Below are positions 8,576 to 16,749 of a stretch of 32,000 nucleotides of DNA, piece by piece. Position numbers and translations under genes: made by a program. The notes beneath the pieces are model-generated. The model ran no database searches. It had not been told where the DNA came from and saw nothing but the letters and a program-made list of their open reading frames with translations. The stretch covers positions 690,001-722,000 of the forward strand of contig NC_008789.1 of NCBI RefSeq assembly GCF_000015585.1, in the 5' to 3' direction. Source of the stretch: Halorhodospira halophila SL1 (GTDB lineage: Bacteria; Pseudomonadota; Gammaproteobacteria; Nitrococcales; Halorhodospiraceae). Numbering within the stretch: the stretch's first letter is position 1; each line of letters starts with the position of its first letter.

Positions 8576-9365
8576 GGGCGGGCTCCTCCCGGCGCATGCG
8601 CTGCCAGCTGACGTAGTATTCCTCCGTGAGCGCCTGCAGGTGCCGATGAAGCTGGCTGGGCACGGGGCGCGCGAGCTGGAGCTCAAGGAACTCGACACGC
8701 CGGCGCTCAGTAAGCTCTGGGGGCTGATGGCGTCGCCACCGGACGAAGCGCAAGAGCAGGGGGATATAGAGGCAACGGCGCAGCTCGCCTTCTAGGTCTT
8801 CACCTTGGGCGGCGAGCGCGCGGCAGGCAGGTCGCCAGCCGCTGCGGTGCAGCTCCGCCTGTAGCCAGCTTTGCAACCCCCCGCCGAGCGCCGCGATCTC
8901 GTGCGGGATCCAGCGCAGCGGGCTGAGCTTGCGCAGGTAGTCCTCAAGCCGTCGGCAGGCGCTCTGGAAATCGCCGCGGGGACCGCGCCGGAAGACAAGG
9001 CTCCAGGCGTGGCGGCGCTGGGCGTCTCGCCACCAGTGGTAGGGGACGAGCCCGGTCTGTGTCTCAATCAGCGAGGTCAGCTCCTGGACGGGCCGATTCT
9101 GCGGCTCCTGGGCCGGCTGCAGGCAGGCCGTGGGCTGGCCGTGGCCGTCCTGAAAGTGGACGACAGCACCCGCCTCGACCAGGGCGAGGCAAGCCTGGAG
9201 GAGCCCCTCGCCGGCGCTGCCGCGCACGACGGCACGGCTAACCCGGGCGAGCGGGACGTACTCCGCGGCCTTGCCGGGGCGGCACAGGCGCAGCGCCGAG
9301 CCCTCGTACCGGACCTGGATCCGCTCGGCGTTGAGGTAGAGGGTACGCGGCTCGAGGCGGGGCAT
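8568..9365 (-). CDS. Short divergent Cas1-like protein (265 aa), catalytic motifs not evident
   Basis: The N-terminus parallels the Cas1 beta-domain: TLYLNAERIQV...VPLARVSRAVVRGSAGEGLLQACLALVEAGAVVHF vs Cas1 TLYIDRR...VPLSLIDRLIVIGQVELSSGVLTTLAESGVSLVF. The C-terminal half is helical but lacks the RNR..P.D..N..LS.GY and G..H motifs. An agggagg RBS is present. Confidence 0.55.
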   Translation of the reverse strand: MPRLEPRTLYLNAERIQVRYEGSALRLCRPGKAAEYVPLARVSRAVVRGSAGEGLLQACLALVEAGAVVHFQDGHGQPTACLQPAQEPQNRPVQELTSLIETQTGLVPYHWWRDAQRRHAWSLVFRRGPRGDFQSACRRLEDYLRKLSPLRWIPHEIAALGGGLQSWLQAELHRSGWRPACRALAAQGEDLEGELRRCLYIPLLLRFVRWRRHQPPELTERRRVEFLELQLARPVPSQLHRHLQALTEEYYVSWQRMRREEPAHG

Positions 9366-9378
9366 GATCGGGCCTCCC

Positions 9379-9660
9379 TTAGCCGAAGTAGAAGAAGTCT
9401 GGATCGGCGGGCACCTCGGCAGCGCCGAGGGTGACCAGGGGGCGGCGCGGCTCCAGCGGCAGGAGCGCGAACTGGTCCTCAGTGGGGTCGATGACCTGCG
9501 CCATTTCCGTGTGCAGCGCCTTGTGCTCGGCGGGGGTCAGCCAGCACTCATAGGCCGACTTCTGGCCGCCGCTGGCGTATCCCTTGATGACCCTTACGGC
9601 GCGGGATAGCCGGCGTGGGCAGCGAACATCGTAGGCGGCGAGGTAGAGTTTGCGGCGCAT
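9379..9660 (-). CDS. cas2: Second Cas2
   Basis: Reads MRRKLYLAAYDVRCPRRLSRAVRVIKGYASGGQKSAYECWLTPAEHKAL, the Cas2 ferredoxin-fold pattern. Confidence 0.8.
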   Translation of the reverse strand: MRRKLYLAAYDVRCPRRLSRAVRVIKGYASGGQKSAYECWLTPAEHKALHTEMAQVIDPTEDQFALLPLEPRRPLVTLGAAEVPADPDFFYFG

Positions 9661-9884
9661 CGGACCGCCCTCCGCGTGATTGCTGGTGCCTAGGCTGGCA
9701 TCCAGCGTCGCGCAGGGCGGGAGATGGGAAGCTTGCCGCCGGGATGGCTCTCTCGAACGTCGCCAGGACCCCCCAAGGCAGCCGCCTGGCGACCACTACT
9801 CCGCGGAGGGTGGCAGAAATTGGTTGAAGACACTGCTCAGCGGCTCATGGAGCACTTAAGGGCTCTGCTCAGCGCCAAGCGCAA

Positions 9885-11042
9885 TCAGCAGGGCTCCACG
9901 TGCGCCTTCCACTCCCGGACGATATCCCGCAGCCGGGGCAGCTCATCCGGGCCAATGAGTCGGATCCGATGCTGCCGGGCGCGCTCTCGCATAATATCCG
10001 TCGGCTGCCGGGCGCTGACCATCCAACTGGTACCGAAGAAGCCGCGCAGGTTATCGCCGATGCTGTCCAGCTTGTAGAGTTGCTGGTCATCGGCGGCTTC
10101 GTTGCCGTGGCGCAGGGTCTTGCACTCCACCACCAACAGACGATTGACATGGATGGCAACCACATCTAGTTCGTTGCGGGCCTTGTCGGTACCTTCCCAG
10201 GTGCCTTCCACCCCCATGGCCACATCGTCGAGCCCCTCATCCCGGAGCCGGTGGTAGACATACTCCTCCAGCCAGCCGCCGTTGAGAAAGCGAGTCCGCT
10301 CCTCGTCGAGGAAGGTCACCTCGGCACCACCCTCCCAGTCCAGCAAGCCCTGGTCGCGGAGCCAGCCCAGATTATTGGCCCAGCGGCCGTACGGTGGGTC
10401 ATCGAAGGCCTGGTCACGCGCGACCAGCCGCCCCTCCCTGTCCAGAGACCGGGAAGCGACCGCATTCAGCGCACCCAGGAAATCGCCATGGTCCCTGGCG
10501 ACCTCCGCTAGCCTCTTGGCCACCTGCTTGCGCTCGCCAGCCTCACGCTGCCAGTCCTCGTCCGCGGAGGCAGCACGGTGGTAGCGAAACCCCTGGGCGC
10601 GCAGGCTGATTGGCACGTCAAGCACCGAGGTCTGTGGCGTCGGCGCCTCGGCCCGTTCATTCCCCTCCGGCAAGTGCTCCAACCGGCCATGGGCGGTATC
10701 GGTGTAGATCCGGCGGTGTACACTATCCCGCAGCATCTCGAGAAACCCCAGAGCCATGAGCTTGTTGCCGCCCGTCAGATTGAGGACCACCTCGTCCGCC
10801 GCCGGCAACTCTTCCAAGATCCCCAGGGCGAATTCGTGCAACTGGGGCAGGTCGGCATCCGGGGCATTCTCGAAGGTCTGAACCGCAATACCGGCCTCTT
10901 CTTCCAGCTTGCGGAGCAACTGAGCCTGCCCGGCCATGGCCGGCGTAACAATGAGAGCCGCATGCTCCGGGCGCTCCATGAGCGCGGGTATCAGATTGCC
11001 GGCAAGCTGGGCAGACACCAGCTGGATGTGGAGTCGGGTCAT
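9885..11042 (-). CDS. can2: CARF + PD-(D/E)xK nuclease effector (Can2/Card1 type)
   Basis: N-terminal CARF with NLTGGNKLMA. C-terminal ELDVVAIHVNRLLVVECKT gives the D...ExK motif. An aaggag RBS lies before ATG 11042. Confidence 0.8.
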   Translation of the reverse strand: MTRLHIQLVSAQLAGNLIPALMERPEHAALIVTPAMAGQAQLLRKLEEEAGIAVQTFENAPDADLPQLHEFALGILEELPAADEVVLNLTGGNKLMALGFLEMLRDSVHRRIYTDTAHGRLEHLPEGNERAEAPTPQTSVLDVPISLRAQGFRYHRAASADEDWQREAGERKQVAKRLAEVARDHGDFLGALNAVASRSLDREGRLVARDQAFDDPPYGRWANNLGWLRDQGLLDWEGGAEVTFLDEERTRFLNGGWLEEYVYHRLRDEGLDDVAMGVEGTWEGTDKARNELDVVAIHVNRLLVVECKTLRHGNEAADDQQLYKLDSIGDNLRGFFGTSWMVSARQPTDIMRERARQHRIRLIGPDELPRLRDIVREWKAHVEPC

Positions 11043-11071
11043 GGGATTGGTCTCCTTCGAGTGATAGGGCA

Positions 11072-11383
11072 TCAGTTGCCCGGTTCCACTTCGCCCAGGC
11101 TCTCTACACGGTAGGCCTCGAGACGGGCGCCAGCGGCCTCCATGTCGTCGGCGGTTAGTTCTTGGCCGCGCAACTGCGGTGGGAGATCCAGCGACAGATG
11201 GAGATACCGCCCACCACGCTCGCATACAGCGGCCGCAAGATGCACGGGGAGCGTTCCGATCACCCTATCCCCAACCTCCAGCTCGGCCGGATTTAGATGA
11301 TCCACCTGCCGATCAACCGCCAGGCCCCGGCGCTGGGCCCATTCCACAGCCCCCGAGTGACGGGTCACGAACCAAGTCGTCAT
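11072..11383 (-). CDS. csx16: Csx16 (VVA1548-family CRISPR-associated protein), copy a
   Basis: 103 aa. Reads MTTWFVTRHSGAVEWAQRRG...GDRVIGTLPVHLAA...YLHLSLDLPPQLRGQELTADDM. About 55-60 percent identical to the copy at 23008-23310. Confidence 0.7.
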   Translation of the reverse strand: MTTWFVTRHSGAVEWAQRRGLAVDRQVDHLNPAELEVGDRVIGTLPVHLAAAVCERGGRYLHLSLDLPPQLRGQELTADDMEAAGARLEAYRVESLGEVEPGN

Positions 11384-11615
11384 GGTGGTGCTGTCTCCTT
11401 TTCCTTACCTTCCTTTGGGTCAGCCGGCCTCTTTACCTCGTTGGCAGCCGCCTCAGGGTGCCCGTCACGGTAGACCCTTTTCGGCGCCAGAGAGCGGCTT
11501 GCAAGCTTACGACCACCAGCTCCTCTGGCCCTGCAAACTTGCGGTTTGTAAGGTCAACCATGACACTAAGCTAGCCTTGCGGAGGATCGCTCGAAACGCA
11601 CACGGAGTGCTGCTC

Positions 11616-12749
11616 ATGACCGCCGACACCGACGCGCCTCATACCCTCCTCTGCGTCACCGGGCTGACGCCACAGGTGGTCACCGAGACGCTCTACGCCC
11701 TCGCGCAGGAGGGGGCACACGCCCTTCCGGATCGCATCGAGGTCATCACCACGACCGAGGGCCGGCGCCGCCTGGCGTTGACCCTGCTCGCCGAGCACGG
11801 CGGCCACGGCTACCTGGACCGACTTTGCGCCGACTACGGTATCGACCGCGGCGCCCTCGCCTTCGACGTGGACAGTATCCACGTTGTCGGCGGCGCCGAC
11901 GACGAGCCCCTCGCCGATATCGTCACTGAGGCGGACAACGCCGCGGCCGCCGACCGGATCCACGAGCGCATCCGCACCCTGACCGAGCAGCCCGGGCGGC
12001 TGCACGTCTCCCTCGCCGGGGGACGCAAGACCATGGGCTTCTACGCCGGTTACTCGCTCTCGCTCTACGGCCGGGGGCACGACCGGCTCAGCCACGTGCT
12101 GGTCAATCCGCCCTTCGAGTCGCACCCGGACTTCTTCTACCCACCACCGACGCCGGCAACCCTCCAGCTACCCGGGCGCAACGACATCATCAGCACCGCC
12201 GAGGCCGAGGTGCGTCTCGCCGAACTGCCTTTCGTCCGGCTGCGCGAGGAGCTCGGCGAGGAGCTGCCGCATCAGGGGCTATCCTTCAGCGAGGCGGTCG
12301 AGCGCGCCCAGCAGGTACTGATCCCGCCCCAATTGACCATCGATCTTACTGAGCGCACCGTCACGCTCCAGGGGCAGCCGATCACCCTCTCGGCAACCCA
12401 CTTCCTCTGGCTGACCTGGCTGGCCGACCGCGCTCGGCAAGAGGCCCCAGCGATCGCCTTCGACGAGGCCGCGGTTGATGAACTGACGGGCTACGCCGAC
12501 TGGCTTGAAGGTCGCCTCTCACAGCTGCATGAGAGCCTGGCCTCGGCGCGCAAGGAGATCGAGCGAGAAGGCCGCTCGAACTACTTCGAGCGCACCCGCT
12601 CGCGACTCAACAAGGCCATCGCCGAGCGCAGCGGCCTGCCCACCCGGGCGGCAGCGCGCTACCAGATCCACACCCACAGCAGCCGGCCCCAGACCACCTA
12701 CGGCCTGAAGCTCGAGCCGGAGCAGATTCGTATCGAGGGGGAGCCGTGA
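11616..12749 (+). CDS. CARF-domain protein, Cas_NE0113-like, with uncharacterised C-terminal domain
   Basis: Reads LLCVTGLTPQVVTETLYAL...HVSLAGGRKTMGFYAGY...HVLVNPPFE. The C-terminal 150 aa or so are helical with no recognisable nuclease motif. A ggag RBS lies before ATG 11616. Confidence 0.7.
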   Translation: MTADTDAPHTLLCVTGLTPQVVTETLYALAQEGAHALPDRIEVITTTEGRRRLALTLLAEHGGHGYLDRLCADYGIDRGALAFDVDSIHVVGGADDEPLADIVTEADNAAAADRIHERIRTLTEQPGRLHVSLAGGRKTMGFYAGYSLSLYGRGHDRLSHVLVNPPFESHPDFFYPPPTPATLQLPGRNDIISTAEAEVRLAELPFVRLREELGEELPHQGLSFSEAVERAQQVLIPPQLTIDLTERTVTLQGQPITLSATHFLWLTWLADRARQEAPAIAFDEAAVDELTGYADWLEGRLSQLHESLASARKEIEREGRSNYFERTRSRLNKAIAERSGLPTRAAARYQIHTHSSRPQTTYGLKLEPEQIRIEGEP

Positions 12750-12826
12750 GCCGGCAAGCTTGCAGGCATGCTGACCACGTTGATCGCCGGGCGATACTGC
12801 GGCCACGCAAGAGAGCGAAGAGCACC

Positions 12827-13816
12827 ATGGAGCAACGACACCTGACCCTGGAGCTGCTGACCCCGACCTTTCTCGGGGATGCTCAGCAGACCGCCGCCTG
12901 GCGGACGCCGCCAATCAAGGCGCAGCTGCGCCGCTGGTGGCGGGTCGCCGCGTTCGCGCAGGGGATGCGCCTACCCGAGCTACGCGCCCTGGAAGGACGG
13001 CTTTTCGGCGACGCCGCCGGGCAGCAGGGCCGCAAGAGCCAGGTTCGGCTGCGCCTACAGCCGCATAAGGGACGGCCGGGCACGCAGCACAACAACGCGT
13101 GGCGCCAGCAAGCCAATCAACAGCCGTTACGGATGAATAACGGCTTGCCGGCCGATGGCTACCTCGGTTTCGGCCGGGTCAAGACCAAAGGTGCTAACGA
13201 GACCGCCCTGCCACCCGAGGAGAAGGCCGAGCTGCGCCTGGCCTGGCCGGCGGAAGCCGAGGGCGCCGAGGCCCTCGACGAGGCCCTCGGGCTCTTCCAT
13301 CGGCTCGGCAGCCTCGGAGGACGCAGCCGCAACGGCTGGGGCGCCTGCCACCTGCACGGCGCCGAGGCCATTGGCCTGGACGCCTACAGCCGTCCCTGGG
13401 AAGAGGCCTTGGAAGAGGCCTGGATCCACGCCCTCGGCAGGGATGGAAACGGCCTGCTGCTGTGGTGGACCCCGCCGTGCAAGAGCTGGGAGGCCGCCAT
13501 GCGACGGCTCGGCGACCTGCGCAAGGGCCTGTGCGGCGAGGCGGGGGCGCTGCGGCCGCTGCTCTCCTGGCCGGTCACAGGCCAGCAGCAGCAGGGTCTC
13601 GACAACCAGAACCGGATCCCCAACACCCTGCAGCTTAAGGTTGTCCGGGACGAGCAGGGGCAGCTGCGGGGACAACTCGCGCACCTCCCCTGCCGACCCG
13701 AGCCGAAGATCTGGGATGCGCTACCCAAGGAGGTGCGCGACGACCATCCTGCGCTCTGGCGCAACGCCCACGCCTTCCTCGACCGGCACAGCGATCTCGA
13801 GCGGGTGCACGCATGA
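12827..13816 (+). CDS. cmr1: Cmr1 (RAMP)
   Basis: Reads LTLELLTPTFLGDA...PPIKAQLRRWWR. G-rich loop is GSLGGRSRNGWG. First gene of a cmr operon with overlapping stops and starts. Confidence 0.85.
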   Translation: MEQRHLTLELLTPTFLGDAQQTAAWRTPPIKAQLRRWWRVAAFAQGMRLPELRALEGRLFGDAAGQQGRKSQVRLRLQPHKGRPGTQHNNAWRQQANQQPLRMNNGLPADGYLGFGRVKTKGANETALPPEEKAELRLAWPAEAEGAEALDEALGLFHRLGSLGGRSRNGWGACHLHGAEAIGLDAYSRPWEEALEEAWIHALGRDGNGLLLWWTPPCKSWEAAMRRLGDLRKGLCGEAGALRPLLSWPVTGQQQQGLDNQNRIPNTLQLKVVRDEQGQLRGQLAHLPCRPEPKIWDALPKEVRDDHPALWRNAHAFLDRHSDLERVHA

Positions 13817-16746
13817 CGGAGGCAACCCTCATGGACATTGATCTGGCCCGGAACAAGCTGCTCGCCCGACTGCACGACCCGGCGGAGAAGGCGCTGGTCC
13901 TGCTGCGCGATCCCGCCGGCCACGAGGGGGGCACCGTGCGCACCCTCATCGAGGAGATCCTCGGCGAGGTGCCGCAGGCGGCCTGGGCGCCCGTGCGCAA
14001 GGCCGACCGCTGGGCCTCGGCGGCGGACCGGCCGCAATTCCCCCGTGAGCGCGACGGCGATCGCTTCGCGCGCTGGAGCCAGGTGCGCTTCGCCGAGCAG
14101 CCGGTGCTGCGCCATCCGCTCACCGGCGAGAAGATCGATCTCGGCGAGCACGGCAAGCTGCGGGAGATCGAGCTCGACACGCTCAAGGCCGGCAGCCTCG
14201 AGCATTTCCGGCACCTGATCCATCGTGACGAGGCGGGGAGCGTCGATTCCTGGCGGACCCTGCTCGCGCTGTGGCGCTTCGGCCCCGAGCCGGCAACGAG
14301 CGGCGATGCGACCGGGCTCGGCGAGCTGTGGCGCTATCTGCCGGCGGATACCCGCATCCCGGACCACACCATCTGGCAGCACCTGGACCTGAGCTCCGCG
14401 CTCACCGGCGCCTTCGCGGGCGATGGCCAGGGCCGCTGCGCCCTGCTCAACGTCACCCTCGGCCCGGTGCAGGAGCTGATCGCCGCCGCCCGGACGACCT
14501 CGGACCTATGGGCCGGCTCGCACCTGCTCGCCCGGCTCGCCTGGGAGGCGATGCGCGTCGTCTGCGAGCGCCTCGGCCCCGACGCCGTGCTCTTCCCGCA
14601 GCTGCGCGGCGTCCCGCAGGTCGACCTCTGGCTCCTCGAGCAGGGGCTGGCGCCGGAGCTCTTCGCGAAGGAGCCCTGGAACGAGCGCACCGTCACCGAC
14701 GCCAACCCGCTGTTCAGCGCCGCCCTGCCCAACCGCTTCCTCGCCGTGGTCCCGGCGGATCAGGCGGAGGCGATCGGCCGCGCCATCGAGGCGCACCTGC
14801 ACGAGTGGGTCGCCGAGACCGCCGAGGGCGTGGTCAGCGATCTGCTCAGGGCCGTCAACCTGCACACCGATCCGACAACACCCGCCTATCAGCAGGCACG
14901 GGAGCAGCTGGCCGGATTCCCTGAGGTCTACTGGTCGGCCGTGGGCTGGGACGAGATCGCCACGGACGCCAACGGCGAGCCCGAGGCGGACCGCCTCGCC
15001 GAGGCCCTGCGCCCCTTCTATGAGCCGCAGGCCGAGGCCCCCGGCTTCCTCAGCTCCGAGGCCTGGCGCGTACTACAGCGGCCCATCGAGGTCATCGATC
15101 CGGAAGCGGGGACGCCGGCGACCTTCTACCGGCCCAATCCCGGCGTGCTCTACCCCGCGCTCTACGAGCTCAGCGAGCGAGTGATGGGCGGCGTCAAGGC
15201 GACCCGCCCCTTCGCCGCGCAGCACGAGGGCGGCTATCGCTGCTCGCTGACCGGCGAGGTGGAGTGGCTGACCCACGATCGCAGCCACCTCGACCTGCCG
15301 CCGGGCCAGCGGGAAGGGCACGACACCCTCTGGAGCCTCGTTGCCAAGCGCCACCCGAGCTGGGCGCGCAAGGGTGAGCACCTCGGGGCGCTGGCCGCCC
15401 TCAAGCGGCTCTGGCCGCAGCGCTTCTGCCGCGAACTCGCCGGGACCCTCGGGCAGGAGCAGACGCCGCGCTTCGTCGTCTCCACGCACACCATGGCGCT
15501 GGCCACCTCCCTGGCCCGCGCTGCCGAGGAGCCGAATCCCGCCGGCGGGCTCAGCGCCGAGCAGGCCGAGGCGATCCGCAACGCCGATCGGGTTGCGCTA
15601 CCGCGGCGGCTGGCGCAGCGGCTACACCACCTCGAGCACGGTGAGCTCCTCGCCCGGTTGCCCGGCTGGGTCGAGCAGCAGCGCGAATCCGACGACGGCG
15701 ATGAGACCGCCGCCCGGCAGGCGATCCGCAAGGTCACCGGCACCGAGGCCGAGGCCTACTACGCCCTGCTGCTCATGGACGGCGACCGCATGGGGGCCTG
15801 GCTCTCCGGCGGCGACGGGACGACCATCCCCTACCGGGCGGCCTTCCACCCCGACCTGGCGGACGCAGTGGACACACGCTTCGGCGACCATACGGTCCTG
15901 CAGGCGTACCTCGACACGCCGCGGGCGGTCTCACCGGCCCGGCACCTGGCCATCTCCGGGGCGCTGAACGACTTCTCCACCACCCTCGCCCGCAGGGTGG
16001 TCGAGGAGTGTCACCACGGCCGCGTCCTCTATGCCGGCGGCGACGACCTCATGGCCATGCTGCCCACTGGCGATCTGCTCAGCGCCATGCGCGAGCTGCG
16101 CGACGCTTACTCGGGCACGGCTACCAGCGGTGAGGCCGAGGAAGAGGACGCCTGGTGCCGCAACGGCTTCATCTATCGGCAGGACCGGCTGTACCTGACC
16201 ATGGGGTCGCAGGCCACCGCCTCGATGGGGGCGGTGATCGCCCACCATAAGACCCCTCTGACCGCGGCCCTCGCTGAACTGCGCCAGGCCGAGCAGCGGG
16301 CCAAGAACGAGGGCGGGCGCGACGCCTTCGCCCTGTCCGTTCTCAAGCGCAGCGGCGGCGCCCTGCGCCACGTCGGCCGCTGGGCACCAGCAGCGGGTAT
16401 CGACGAGATGAGCGCCCTGCGCGACTTCGCCGAGGCGCTCCATGCCAACCCCGAGGCCTCCCGGCGCGCCGCCTACAACGTCGCGGGCTGGCTCGCCGAT
16501 CTCCCCGAGCCCGACACCCTCCCCCCGGAGGACGGCGTCGCCGGCTACCTCGAGGCGGTGCTGCACTACCAATTCTGCCGCCAGGGCCTCGAGCAGCAGG
16601 GGCAGCCCATCCACGCGCGGCGGCTCGGATCGCTCGCCAGCGTCTCGCCAACCGGCGACGAGCTGAGCAGCGCCGCCAAGATCCGCGACCGTCTCAGCCA
16701 CCTCGTCGGCGTGGCCGAGTTCCTCGCCCGCGAGACCCGGAGGTAG
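13813..16746 (+). CDS. cas10: Cas10/Cmr2 large subunit
   Basis: 977 aa. N-terminal LHDPAEKAL. Contains YYALLLMDGDRMGAWL and the cyclase motif LYAGGDDLMAML. ATGA overlap with cmr1. Confidence 0.92.
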   Translation: MTEATLMDIDLARNKLLARLHDPAEKALVLLRDPAGHEGGTVRTLIEEILGEVPQAAWAPVRKADRWASAADRPQFPRERDGDRFARWSQVRFAEQPVLRHPLTGEKIDLGEHGKLREIELDTLKAGSLEHFRHLIHRDEAGSVDSWRTLLALWRFGPEPATSGDATGLGELWRYLPADTRIPDHTIWQHLDLSSALTGAFAGDGQGRCALLNVTLGPVQELIAAARTTSDLWAGSHLLARLAWEAMRVVCERLGPDAVLFPQLRGVPQVDLWLLEQGLAPELFAKEPWNERTVTDANPLFSAALPNRFLAVVPADQAEAIGRAIEAHLHEWVAETAEGVVSDLLRAVNLHTDPTTPAYQQAREQLAGFPEVYWSAVGWDEIATDANGEPEADRLAEALRPFYEPQAEAPGFLSSEAWRVLQRPIEVIDPEAGTPATFYRPNPGVLYPALYELSERVMGGVKATRPFAAQHEGGYRCSLTGEVEWLTHDRSHLDLPPGQREGHDTLWSLVAKRHPSWARKGEHLGALAALKRLWPQRFCRELAGTLGQEQTPRFVVSTHTMALATSLARAAEEPNPAGGLSAEQAEAIRNADRVALPRRLAQRLHHLEHGELLARLPGWVEQQRESDDGDETAARQAIRKVTGTEAEAYYALLLMDGDRMGAWLSGGDGTTIPYRAAFHPDLADAVDTRFGDHTVLQAYLDTPRAVSPARHLAISGALNDFSTTLARRVVEECHHGRVLYAGGDDLMAMLPTGDLLSAMRELRDAYSGTATSGEAEEEDAWCRNGFIYRQDRLYLTMGSQATASMGAVIAHHKTPLTAALAELRQAEQRAKNEGGRDAFALSVLKRSGGALRHVGRWAPAAGIDEMSALRDFAEALHANPEASRRAAYNVAGWLADLPEPDTLPPEDGVAGYLEAVLHYQFCRQGLEQQGQPIHARRLGSLASVSPTGDELSSAAKIRDRLSHLVGVAEFLARETRR

Positions 16747-16749
16747 CCC

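Noticed and set aside
8143-8616. 157-aa plus-strand ORF spanning the cas1-cas2 intergenic region
   Set aside because: It is Arg/Ala/Gly/Pro-rich and antisense to cas2 and the conserved cas1 upstream blocks, so it is a shadow ORF.
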